From: Solirubrobacteraceae bacterium | Lineage (GTDB): Bacteria; Actinomycetota; Thermoleophilia; Solirubrobacterales; Solirubrobacteraceae | Length of the DNA stretch: 64,000 bases | Reading direction: 5' to 3' | NCBI GenBank assembly: GCA_036379935.1 | Contig: DASVFT010000166.1 | Location: forward strand, 3,683 to 67,682 | Part shown: one piece after another, positions 26,641-33,869 of the stretch | How the letters are laid out: each line of letters begins with the position of its first letter | How positions within the stretch are numbered: position 1 is the stretch's first letter | The notes under the pieces: model-generated | What the model was told of the DNA's origin: nothing | The model's input: only the letters and a program-made list of their open reading frames with translations | Databases searched by the model: none | Program-made: the position numbers and the translations under genes

Positions 26641-26672
26641 ACTATATCTGGATTGGTCAAATTGGTCTATTC
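26641..26672 (-). promoter_or_regulatory. AT-rich patch with direct repeat GACCAAT-TT-GACCAAT and -10-like TATAGT (candidate promoter/operator of the GS-like operon)
   Basis: The minus-strand reading is GAATAGACCAATTTGACCAATCCAGATATAGT. It is the only AT-rich stretch in the 80-nt gap and straddles the GntR stop codon. Confidence 0.3.
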
Positions 26673-27488
26673 GCGCGAGCGGCGACCGATCGCCGGCACC
26701 GGCGGCGCTTCCTCCAGCCAGCGCACGACGTGCAGGTCGAGGCTGCGAGGCAGGAAGGTGTCGACGGAATGCTCGAGTGGAGCTCCCTCGGCGGTGCAGG
26801 TCACGTGCTCGATCTCGAGCGCCGCGGTGGTGTCGGTGACGCCGAGCGCCCGGCCGACCGGGTCGCGCTCCGTGAGGACTCGGGCCATGATGTGCGAGCG
26901 GTTGTAGGCCACCGGCACGCCCTGCTTGAGCAGGACGTCGAGGACCATCTGACCGCGCTCCAGGGCGTGGCGGAGCTTGGCGGGCGCCGGCAGCGGGATG
27001 CGCGGATGGACGACGTCGCGCATGTGGGCGGCGGGCCCGCCGTCCATGACCACCACGCGGGTGATGGTCGTGGCCAGGGTCTCGGGCTCGAGCTCGAAGA
27101 GCGGCGCGTGCTCGGAGCCGAGCGGCAGCCGCTCGATGTCCAGCTGTCCCAGCTCGAGCCGGACGCCGCGCTGGCGGGCCAGCTCGTTGTAGGAGACGAG
27201 CTTCTCCAGGCCCTCGTCCAGGGTCCACGACGTCGCCTGCCCGACGAAGGTGCCGCTGCCCTGGCGGCGCACGATCTCCCCGCTCTCCTCGAGTCGGCGC
27301 AACGCGGTGCGCAGCGTGCCGCGCGAGATGCCCAGCCGGGCCGAGAGCTCCTGCTCAGGCGGCAGGCGCTCGCCGGAGCGGTGACGACCGGTCGCAAGCC
27401 AGCGCCGCAGCGCGTCCTCCGCGACGTCCACGAGCGAGGTCCTGACCTCACGAGGCGCTGCCGTACCGGAAGAGGACCCGTTCGTCAT
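26667..27488 (-). CDS. GntR-family transcriptional regulator (HutC-like, UTRA effector domain)
   Basis: 273 aa. N-terminal wHTH: LPPEQELSARLGISRGTLRTALRRLEESGEIVRRQGSGTFV. The C-terminal ~150 aa are UTRA-like. Confidence 0.85.
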   Translation of the reverse strand: MTNGSSSGTAAPREVRTSLVDVAEDALRRWLATGRHRSGERLPPEQELSARLGISRGTLRTALRRLEESGEIVRRQGSGTFVGQATSWTLDEGLEKLVSYNELARQRGVRLELGQLDIERLPLGSEHAPLFELEPETLATTITRVVVMDGGPAAHMRDVVHPRIPLPAPAKLRHALERGQMVLDVLLKQGVPVAYNRSHIMARVLTERDPVGRALGVTDTTAALEIEHVTCTAEGAPLEHSVDTFLPRSLDLHVVRWLEEAPPVPAIGRRSRE

Positions 27489-27543
27489 GGACGAGCAGAT
27501 GGTAGTCGCGCCCGTCCAGCGCCCTGTGGCGCTTGCGCGCGGG

Positions 27544-27578
27544 CGGCGGCCGGCCGGCTCTCGTGCCGGCCGGCCGCG
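27544..27578 (-). terminator. GC-rich hairpin downstream of the CocE-family gene
   Basis: GGCGGCCGGCCGGC-tctcgt-GCCGGCCGGCCGCG gives a ~13-bp stem, 11 nt after the stop. There is no U-tract. Confidence 0.35.
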
Positions 27579-27588
27579 CCCGGCGGAC

Positions 27589-29292
27589 CTAGGGCTGCGG
27601 CTTCTGGCGCGGCGGCAGCTTGAACGTGCTGCTCACCGAGTCGCGCACGGTCTCCGGCGGGACCGTGATCGTGTCGGCGAGATAGCCGGCGAGCTGCGTG
27701 CCGGGGTCGCCCTGGATGGTGCGCGTGCGCTGGTAGGTCAAAAACGGCAGCGTCACCGAGCCGCCGACGACCTTCACCGTGTCGAACAGCGGCGTGTGGA
27801 TCCACCAGTCCTCGTTGGCGTCGGTCACGCGCACCGCGATCCGGTGGCCGGCCGCGAGCTTCCAATCGGCCGACCACAGGTCGAGCGTCTTCTCGCCGCT
27901 CGAGCGGGCGAGGAAGCCCTGGCGCGTGATCAGCGGCCCGATGCCGTACTGGTCGAGGTCGTAGACGTCGACCACGAGGTTGGCGTTGGGCCTGGTGGTG
28001 GCCACGTCCACGATCGCCCTGCCCGATCCGGACAGGTGGGCGGCGTAGGGCAGCGCCGGCGAGATCGTCCACACGCCGTCGGTGTCGCTTGTGCCCGTGG
28101 CCGAGCCCGAGCCGTCGTCCGTGTAGCTGCCGGCGCGTAGCGGGCTCGTGTAGCCCTTGGCGTCGACGGGCGGCCACGACTGCTCGGCGCGCCACTTGCC
28201 GTCGTTGGTCTGCACGGCGATCTGCGGATCCTGGACGGTGGGTGCCACGCCCTTCAGGAACCGGTCGTAGAAGCGCATGACCTCGTCGAAGAAGCCCGCG
28301 CGTCCCATCTTCAGGCGGCCGTTGTCGTCGGTCTCGTTGCCGCGCACGTGCTCCCACGGGCCGAGCCACGCGCGCTCGTAGCCGCCGTGGCTGGCCAGGT
28401 ACTGCGCCGTGCCGTCGGAGACCGTGTTGTTCTCGGTCAGGCCCTGCGTGAGGAACAGCGGCACCGTGGACCCCGCGGCGCCCGGGATGAGGTTGCGCTC
28501 ACGCCAGTACGCCGAGTAGTGGTCGTCGTTGGCGCTCTGGTCGGTGAGGTTGAGCACCGGGCAGCCGGGGCGCTGGGTGTCGTTCAGGCCCGTGGCGTTG
28601 TAGTTGGGGTCGTCGAGCGCCGGGCCGGGGGTCAGGTCGATGAGGTCGTACAGCGCGGGCGTGGCCACCGAGTTGAGCCGGCGGATGCCGTCGCCGTACA
28701 GGTAGCGATAGAGGTCGTACACCGGCTCCTGGGCCACGACCGCCTTCAGGCCGGACGGATGGTGGTCGACGCCGATGAGCCCGGTGACGGCGTCATAGGA
28801 CTTGCCGTACATGCCCACCGCGCCGGTCGACCACGGCTGCGCGGCGGCCCACTGGACGGCGTTGACGACGTCCGCCTGCTCGCCGGGGCCGGCCCAGTCC
28901 AGGCAGCCGGTCGAGCCGCCGAAGCCACGCAGGTCGACCATGACGTAGGTGTAGCCGCGCTCCATGAGCTTGGCGCCCTTGATGAAGTCGAGGAAGCGAT
29001 CCGACGGGCCGGCGGGACCGACCGGGTCGTACGAGGCGTCCTCCACGGGCCCGGCGGGCCCGACCTGGCCGGAGTGGTTGAAGTACGGCCCGATCGACAC
29101 GATCACCGGCGTCTTGGCATCGGCGGCCAGGTTGCTCGGGCGCAGGATGTCGGCGTGCAGCTGCACGCCGTCCGAGGACGGGATCGTGGCCTGCGTCCAC
29201 GTCGCGCCGGGCGGCACGTCGGCCGCCCCGGCGGCAGCCGGCAGCACGCCGAGCGCGACCGCCGCAAGGCAGATCAACAGAAGCGGTTTCAT
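27589..29292 (-). CDS. secreted CocE/NonD-family hydrolase (X-Pro dipeptidyl-peptidase S15-like)
   Basis: 567 aa with signal peptide MKPLLLICLAAVALGVLPAAAGAAD. The nucleophile region is VGMYGKSYDAV. The C-terminal domain is beta-rich. Confidence 0.8.
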   Translation of the reverse strand: MKPLLLICLAAVALGVLPAAAGAADVPPGATWTQATIPSSDGVQLHADILRPSNLAADAKTPVIVSIGPYFNHSGQVGPAGPVEDASYDPVGPAGPSDRFLDFIKGAKLMERGYTYVMVDLRGFGGSTGCLDWAGPGEQADVVNAVQWAAAQPWSTGAVGMYGKSYDAVTGLIGVDHHPSGLKAVVAQEPVYDLYRYLYGDGIRRLNSVATPALYDLIDLTPGPALDDPNYNATGLNDTQRPGCPVLNLTDQSANDDHYSAYWRERNLIPGAAGSTVPLFLTQGLTENNTVSDGTAQYLASHGGYERAWLGPWEHVRGNETDDNGRLKMGRAGFFDEVMRFYDRFLKGVAPTVQDPQIAVQTNDGKWRAEQSWPPVDAKGYTSPLRAGSYTDDGSGSATGTSDTDGVWTISPALPYAAHLSGSGRAIVDVATTRPNANLVVDVYDLDQYGIGPLITRQGFLARSSGEKTLDLWSADWKLAAGHRIAVRVTDANEDWWIHTPLFDTVKVVGGSVTLPFLTYQRTRTIQGDPGTQLAGYLADTITVPPETVRDSVSSTFKLPPRQKPQP

Positions 29293-29462
29293 GCAGCCTC
29301 CAAACGGCGGCCGTGTTCGTTCCTTGCGCTCCCCTGCGCCCGGCCGCGCCGGCCGGATGATGCCCCGGGGCGGCCGGCGTTATGCCCAGATCGTGGCGAG
29401 GACGACAGCGGCGACTCTGGGATCGCTCTGGATCAGCGCGCCCAACCCTGGCGCCCTGGCGC

Positions 29463-29888
29463 TCAGGCGATGTCGTTGACCAGCAGCGCGCCGGTCTCAT
29501 ATGCGGCATCACCGAGTGCGGTGTCCCAGGTTGCCAGCAGGACGTCCTTGGCCTCGATCGCCAGCGCAGATGCGAGATGGACGGCGTCATAGCCACGCAG
29601 GGCGTGCCGCGCGGCAAGGTCTCCGGCGTGCCGTGCGAGCGGCTCGTCGATGCCGAGGATGCGCAGCTCCGCGTAGATCTCCTCGAAGGCCTCGACGGCC
29701 AGGGCATGCGCGGGCTCGTCGATCCGGTCCGCTCGCCGAGCAGCCGCCAGTGCCGCGCGGGCCTCGGGGTAGACGAGCTGGCTCGAGACGAGTAGCTCGG
29801 CGCGATCCCAGAGCTCGGCGGCGAGATCGGAGCCGGGCTCCTGGAACACCAGCTTGACCAGCGCCGAGGTGTCGAGGTAGACGATCAG
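29463..29888 (-). CDS. vapC: PIN-domain toxin VapC (apparent CTG start)
   Basis: LIVYLDTSALVKLVFQEP... carries conserved acidic positions (LDTS, YPEARAAL, GYDAVHLASA, TWDTALGDAA). The first canonical start (GTG 29849) would remove the first catalytic Asp. An in-frame CTG at 29888 overlaps the antitoxin stop (CTGA). Confidence 0.65.
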   Translation of the reverse strand: MIVYLDTSALVKLVFQEPGSDLAAELWDRAELLVSSQLVYPEARAALAAARRADRIDEPAHALAVEAFEEIYAELRILGIDEPLARHAGDLAARHALRGYDAVHLASALAIEAKDVLLATWDTALGDAAYETGALLVNDIA

Positions 29889-30172
29889 CGCCGTTGATCA
29901 GCGACGAGCTCTGAGACGGGCTTGGCCGCGGCGATCCGCTCATGCCGCCCGCGGCGCCGGCGGGGCCCCGTCGGCTCGCGCACCAGGCCGCGCGAGCGCA
30001 GATCGGCGAGCGCGTCGCGGTCGCCGACGGGCACCAGGCGCGCCACGTGCCGACCGCGCATCGTCACGACGATCTCGGCCCCGTTCTGGACCTGCTGGAC
30101 GTAGCGGCTGAGGTGATCGTGAAGCTCCCGGACCCCGACCTCGGTCTTGAGGCGATCTGAATGTAGCGTCAT
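29885..30172 (-). CDS. Phd/YefM-family type II antitoxin
   Basis: 95 aa with VGVRELHDHLSRYVQQVQNGAEIVVTMRGRHVARLVP, typical of the Phd/YefM N-terminal fold. It lies directly upstream of vapC. Confidence 0.75.
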   Translation of the reverse strand: MTLHSDRLKTEVGVRELHDHLSRYVQQVQNGAEIVVTMRGRHVARLVPVGDRDALADLRSRGLVREPTGPRRRRGRHERIAAAKPVSELVADQRR

Positions 30173-30260
30173 GGAGGGTTATCGTACACGCTACATCGGT
30201 CGGAGCAGCGCAGCTCGGCGCAGAACGCAGAGACCCCCGCGTCAGCAGGGGTCTCTCGCA

Positions 30261-30346
<86 letters not shown>

Positions 30347-30429
30347 AGGTGGGATCGCCGGGGCCTCAGCGGCCGCCGGCGGGGGCCGAGTATAGCTCCG
30401 CTCCGGGGCGCGCTTCGGGCGCGCCGCGG

Positions 30430-31617
30430 TCACGCGGGCGCCGGCGCGGCGGCTCGCAGCGGACCGGTCGAAGTGGCGCGCACGAGCAGGTCGGCGAGCA
30501 CGCCCCCGGCGCCGAGGGCCGCCATCGCGATGGCCGGCGAGGCCGCTTCGACCAGCGCGCCGGCCAGCGCGCTGCCGGCGGCGATGCCGACCGAGATGCC
30601 CGTCGCCGTCCAGGTGAAGGCCTCGGTCAGCGTGCCCGCGGGCGCGAGCTGGTCGAGCATGCCGTTGGCCGAGACGAAGGTCGGGGCGATGGTGGCGCCC
30701 GCGACGAGCAGGAGCAGCGCGAGCAGGACGGGGTCGCCGGACGTGCCCAGCACGGCGTGGGCGCCGCCCCAGCCCACCAGCGTGACGGCCAGGCGACGGC
30801 GCGCATCGGCGGCGGCGCCGAGCTGGCCGACGGCGAAGCCCGCGGCCATCGAGCCGACGCCCCAGACGCCCAGGAGCACGCCGGTCAGGTCGCGATGGCC
30901 GGTGCCGTCGAGCGCGGCCGGCACGACGACCTCGACGGCCCCGACCGAGAGCCCGCAGAGCACGAACACCGCGATCAGGACGCGCACGCCAGGACCGCGC
31001 AGGGCGCCGGTCAGGTCGCGCTCGCGGCCGATGTCGGGGCGCCAGCCGCGCGAGACCGGATGCGCGGAGAACAGGAGGTCGCCGACGAGCAGGAAGCCCG
31101 CGCAGGCGACCATCGCTGCCGCGGACGACCACGAGCCGATGCCGGCGACGATGGCCAGCGGGCCGCAGATGTAGACGATCTCGAGCAGCGCGCCCTCCAG
31201 CGAGTAGGCGGCGTGGCGCGCGTCGGCGCTGTCGAGCAGGACGGGCCAGAGCGCGCGCATGCACGCGCCCACCGGTGGTTGGGATGCGCCGGCGGCGGCC
31301 GCGGCCGCCAGGATCGCGCCCAGCGGCGCGCCGTCGGGCAGGATCGCGAGCAGGAGGATCGCGGCGGCCGCGCACGGCGCGCCGACGCGCAGCACGAGCG
31401 TCTGACCGCGCCGGTCCACCACCCGCGCGAGCGCGGGGTTCGACAGCCCGAGCGCGATCGCGTAGGCACCGGACGCCAGGCCGCCCTTGGCGTAGGAGCC
31501 GGTGATCTGCTGCGTGTGCAGCACGAGCAGCAGTCCGAGCGCGCCCATCGGCAGTCGCGCCACGCACGAGGCGACGAAGAGCGACAGGACCCGGGGCGTG
31601 CGCAGGACGGCGCGCAT
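30430..31617 (-). CDS. MFS transporter
   Basis: 395 aa with about 12 hydrophobic segments. The composition is Ala/Gly/Leu-rich, typical of actinobacterial MFS permeases. Confidence 0.75.
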   Translation of the reverse strand: MRAVLRTPRVLSLFVASCVARLPMGALGLLLVLHTQQITGSYAKGGLASGAYAIALGLSNPALARVVDRRGQTLVLRVGAPCAAAAILLLAILPDGAPLGAILAAAAAAGASQPPVGACMRALWPVLLDSADARHAAYSLEGALLEIVYICGPLAIVAGIGSWSSAAAMVACAGFLLVGDLLFSAHPVSRGWRPDIGRERDLTGALRGPGVRVLIAVFVLCGLSVGAVEVVVPAALDGTGHRDLTGVLLGVWGVGSMAAGFAVGQLGAAADARRRLAVTLVGWGGAHAVLGTSGDPVLLALLLLVAGATIAPTFVSANGMLDQLAPAGTLTEAFTWTATGISVGIAAGSALAGALVEAASPAIAMAALGAGGVLADLLVRATSTGPLRAAAPAPA

Positions 31618-31683
31618 GCCGACAGGATGCCGGTCCCCGCGCGCGGGCGCGAGACGGTTTGGCCGTGGCCGGATCGACGATGC

Positions 31684-32148
31684 TCAGAGCAGCGACAGGG
31701 CGCCGGCCTCGAGCGCGAGCAGCGCGCGCTTGGACGCGAGCCCGCCGGCGTAGCCGGTGAGCGACCCGTCGCTGCCGATGACGCGGTGGCACGGGCACAC
31801 GATCGCGAGCGGGTTGCGGGCGTTCGCGAGGCCGACGGCGCGGGCCTTGCCGGGGTGACCGATGCGCGCGGCGATGTCGGCGTAGCTGGCGGTCTCGCCG
31901 TACGGGATGCGCAGGAGCTCGGCCCAGACGAGCTGCTCGAAGGCGGTGCCGTGTGCCCGCATGGGGAGGTCGAAGGCGGTGCGCTGCCCGGCGAAGTACT
32001 CGCCGAGCTGGGCCGCGGCCGCGGCGAAGCGGGGGTCGTCGGAGACGTCGCCGGCGCCGAAGTCCACGCGCGTGAGGGCGCCGTCGTCGGCGACGGTCAG
32101 GCGCAGGGGGCCGATGGGGGAGGGGATCGTCGTGTGCATGTCCTTCAT
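31684..32148 (-). CDS. ogt: methylated-DNA--protein-cysteine methyltransferase
   Basis: It has the active-site motif PCHRVIGSDGSLTGYAGG. The start is taken at MKDMHTT (32148), because the longer track ORF would run through the lexA SOS box. Confidence 0.8.
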   Translation of the reverse strand: MKDMHTTIPSPIGPLRLTVADDGALTRVDFGAGDVSDDPRFAAAAAQLGEYFAGQRTAFDLPMRAHGTAFEQLVWAELLRIPYGETASYADIAARIGHPGKARAVGLANARNPLAIVCPCHRVIGSDGSLTGYAGGLASKRALLALEAGALSLL

Positions 32149-32212
32149 GACGCCGGCCCGCGCCGTGTCGTGAGATGGGGTTGCGTTCCGTCCAGGAACC
32201 GCGCTACCGTGT

Positions 32213-32226
32213 CGAACACGTGTTCG
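32213..32226. promoter_or_regulatory. SOS box (LexA operator) CGAACACGTGTTCG
   Basis: GAAC-N4-GTTC palindrome, 38 nt upstream of the lexA ATG and 65 nt upstream of the divergent ogt start. Confidence 0.75.
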
Positions 32227-32263
32227 CTTCATCGCTGAGACCGAACCGCCGAGGAGCCCTCAC

Positions 32264-32908
32264 ATGGATCTGACCAAGCGCCAGCAGGAGATCTTCGACT
32301 ACATCAAGCGCTACTCGGCGAAGTATGGCTATCCGCCGACCGTGCGCGACATCGGGAAGGCCGTGGGGCTCGCGTCCTCGTCGACGGTCCACGCCCACCT
32401 GGCCAACCTCGAGAAGCTCGGGCTGCTGCGCCGCGATCCGTCCAAGCCGCGCGCGATCGAGCTGCTCGACCGCGTCCGCGAGGACGTCGGCAGCGCCGTC
32501 GGCAGCGCGGTGGAGAGCGCCCTCGGCGTACTGCGCCCCGGGCTGCCGCTCGTCGGTCAGGTCGCGGCGGGCTCGCCGATCCTGGCCGAGGAGAACATCG
32601 AGGAGTACGTCCAGGTCCCGCCGATCGCAGGCGGCGACGACGGCGAGTTCATCCTGCGCGTCCGCGGCGAGTCGATGAAGAACGCCGGCATCCTCGGCGG
32701 CGACTTCGTCGTCGTGCGCCCGCAGGAGACCGCCACCGACGGCGAGATCATCGTCGCCCTGGTGGGCGAGGAGGCAACCGTCAAGCGCTTCTACCGCGAG
32801 TCCGACCACGTCCGCCTGCAGCCGGAGAACGAGACCATGGAGCCCATCCGCTCCAAGGAGGTCCGCATCCTCGGCCGGGTGGTGGGCGTATTCAGGAGCG
32901 TCACATGA
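32264..32908 (+). CDS. lexA: transcriptional repressor LexA
   Basis: 214 aa. N-terminal wHTH: PPTVRDIGKAVGLASSSTVHAHLANLEKLGLL. Ala-Gly cleavage site: GQVAAGSP. Ser/Lys dyad: RGESMKNAGI...VKRF. Confidence 0.95.
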   Translation: MDLTKRQQEIFDYIKRYSAKYGYPPTVRDIGKAVGLASSSTVHAHLANLEKLGLLRRDPSKPRAIELLDRVREDVGSAVGSAVESALGVLRPGLPLVGQVAAGSPILAEENIEEYVQVPPIAGGDDGEFILRVRGESMKNAGILGGDFVVVRPQETATDGEIIVALVGEEATVKRFYRESDHVRLQPENETMEPIRSKEVRILGRVVGVFRSVT

Positions 32909-33198
32909 CCGCCGCACTCTCTCCGGGGCGTTTCGCCGCCCCTGACGCCACCCGCCTTGGCCGGTCCGTGCTCTCGCACTGTCCCGGCCCGGCGGTCGGC
33001 GTCAGGGACGACGATCCGCGCCGGAGACAGCACGGTGGAGTGCTCTTGGACGACGTGATCTTGGGGGCCTGGGCGGATCTGGCGGCCCATCACACCGTCA
33101 GCTGCCCGGTGTGCGCGGGATCGATGGCGCCGCGCTACGGCTCCGGCGCGCGGCCGGTCGGCGGTCGCTGCCGGCGCTGCGGCTCGACGCTGGGCTGA
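32905..33198 (+). CDS. small putative zinc-ribbon protein coupled to lexA
   Basis: 97 aa with an ATGA overlap with the lexA stop. The C-terminal half is VSCPVCAGSMAPRY...GGRCRRCGSTLG (C-x2-C...C-x2-C). The N-terminal half is compositionally biased, so coding status is uncertain. Confidence 0.35.
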   Translation: MTAALSPGRFAAPDATRLGRSVLSHCPGPAVGVRDDDPRRRQHGGVLLDDVILGAWADLAAHHTVSCPVCAGSMAPRYGSGARPVGGRCRRCGSTLG

Positions 33199-33210
33199 GC
33201 CGGGCCATTC

Positions 33211-33495
33211 CTACGACCTGGGGGCGGAAGCTGAGCGAGCGTCCTGAATGGTTACGACAACGACTCGGTCTTCTGACTCAAGGAACACGTAGACAAGCAA
33301 CAGCCACCGCCACGGCCCGAGCACGAAGCGTAAGCCTTCCCACCTTCCGCCGAGCGCGGGTCCCATGAGCGGGAACCGCTGCAAGCCGCGCAGGGACCTC
33401 GCCACACGCGCGCGCGAATTGGCGGGCAGGGTGTGCGTGCGAATGAGCTCATCGAGATCCTCGATCGCGGCCGCGGCGAGCTCGACCGACGGCAC
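33211..33495 (-). CDS. RelE/ParE-family type II toxin
   Basis: 94 aa. AAAAIEDLDELIRTH...LRFVLGPWRWLLLVYVFLESEDRVVVVTIQDARS follows the ParE/RelE pattern. It starts 2 nt after the antitoxin stop. Confidence 0.75.
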   Translation of the reverse strand: MPSVELAAAAIEDLDELIRTHTLPANSRARVARSLRGLQRFPLMGPALGGRWEGLRFVLGPWRWLLLVYVFLESEDRVVVVTIQDARSASAPRS

Positions 33496-33497
33496 GG

Positions 33498-33743
33498 CTA
33501 CAGCTCGTCGAGCGACACCGTCTCGCCGCGGGTGGCCTGCTGAAGGCCGAGTTGTGCACGTTCGTAGGCACCCGGGATGCTGTCGAGGAGCTCAACGATG
33601 TTGCGTGCGTCGGGGTCCGCATCGTCGAGCGCGCTCGAGAGAAGCGAGCGGGCGATGGTGCCGGGCTGGACATGCATCCGATCGGCCAGCCGCGAGAGCT
33701 TCTCCGCCCGATCGTCATCCAGCGTGATGTTCAGCCGCTCCAT
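33498..33743 (-). CDS. ribbon-helix-helix (CopG/ParD-like) antitoxin
   Basis: 81 aa from the ATG at 33743. MERLNITLDDDRAEKLSRLADRMHVQPGTIARSLL has the RHH signature. Confidence 0.7.
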   Translation of the reverse strand: MERLNITLDDDRAEKLSRLADRMHVQPGTIARSLLSSALDDADPDARNIVELLDSIPGAYERAQLGLQQATRGETVSLDEL

Positions 33744-33754
33744 CTGAGGCCAGT

Positions 33755-33781
33755 CTACACGGAACGACACGGCTCGTGTAG
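33755..33781. promoter_or_regulatory. inverted repeat CTACACG-N13-CGTGTAG upstream of the RHH antitoxin (candidate TA operator)
   Basis: 7-bp perfect arms read directly, 12-38 nt upstream of the antitoxin ATG. Confidence 0.3.
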
Positions 33782-33869
33782 GGCCCATGCCGACAGGGTC
33801 GGTACTGCGACGACTTACGGCGGCCACGTTCCGCGGCACCAGCCCCGGGCTTGTGCTCCCATACTGACC

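Noticed and set aside
25092-26660. Longer start choices offered by the ORF track: GS-like at 26660, ogt at 32232, FAD-linked oxidase at 33552, ACAD-fold at 16902, APC permease at 17012, NAD(P)-binding protein at 37281.
   Set aside because: The N-terminal extensions are compositionally biased and lack SD sequences. They run through operators, promoters or neighbouring genes. Downstream starts have good SD spacing and give family-typical N-termini.
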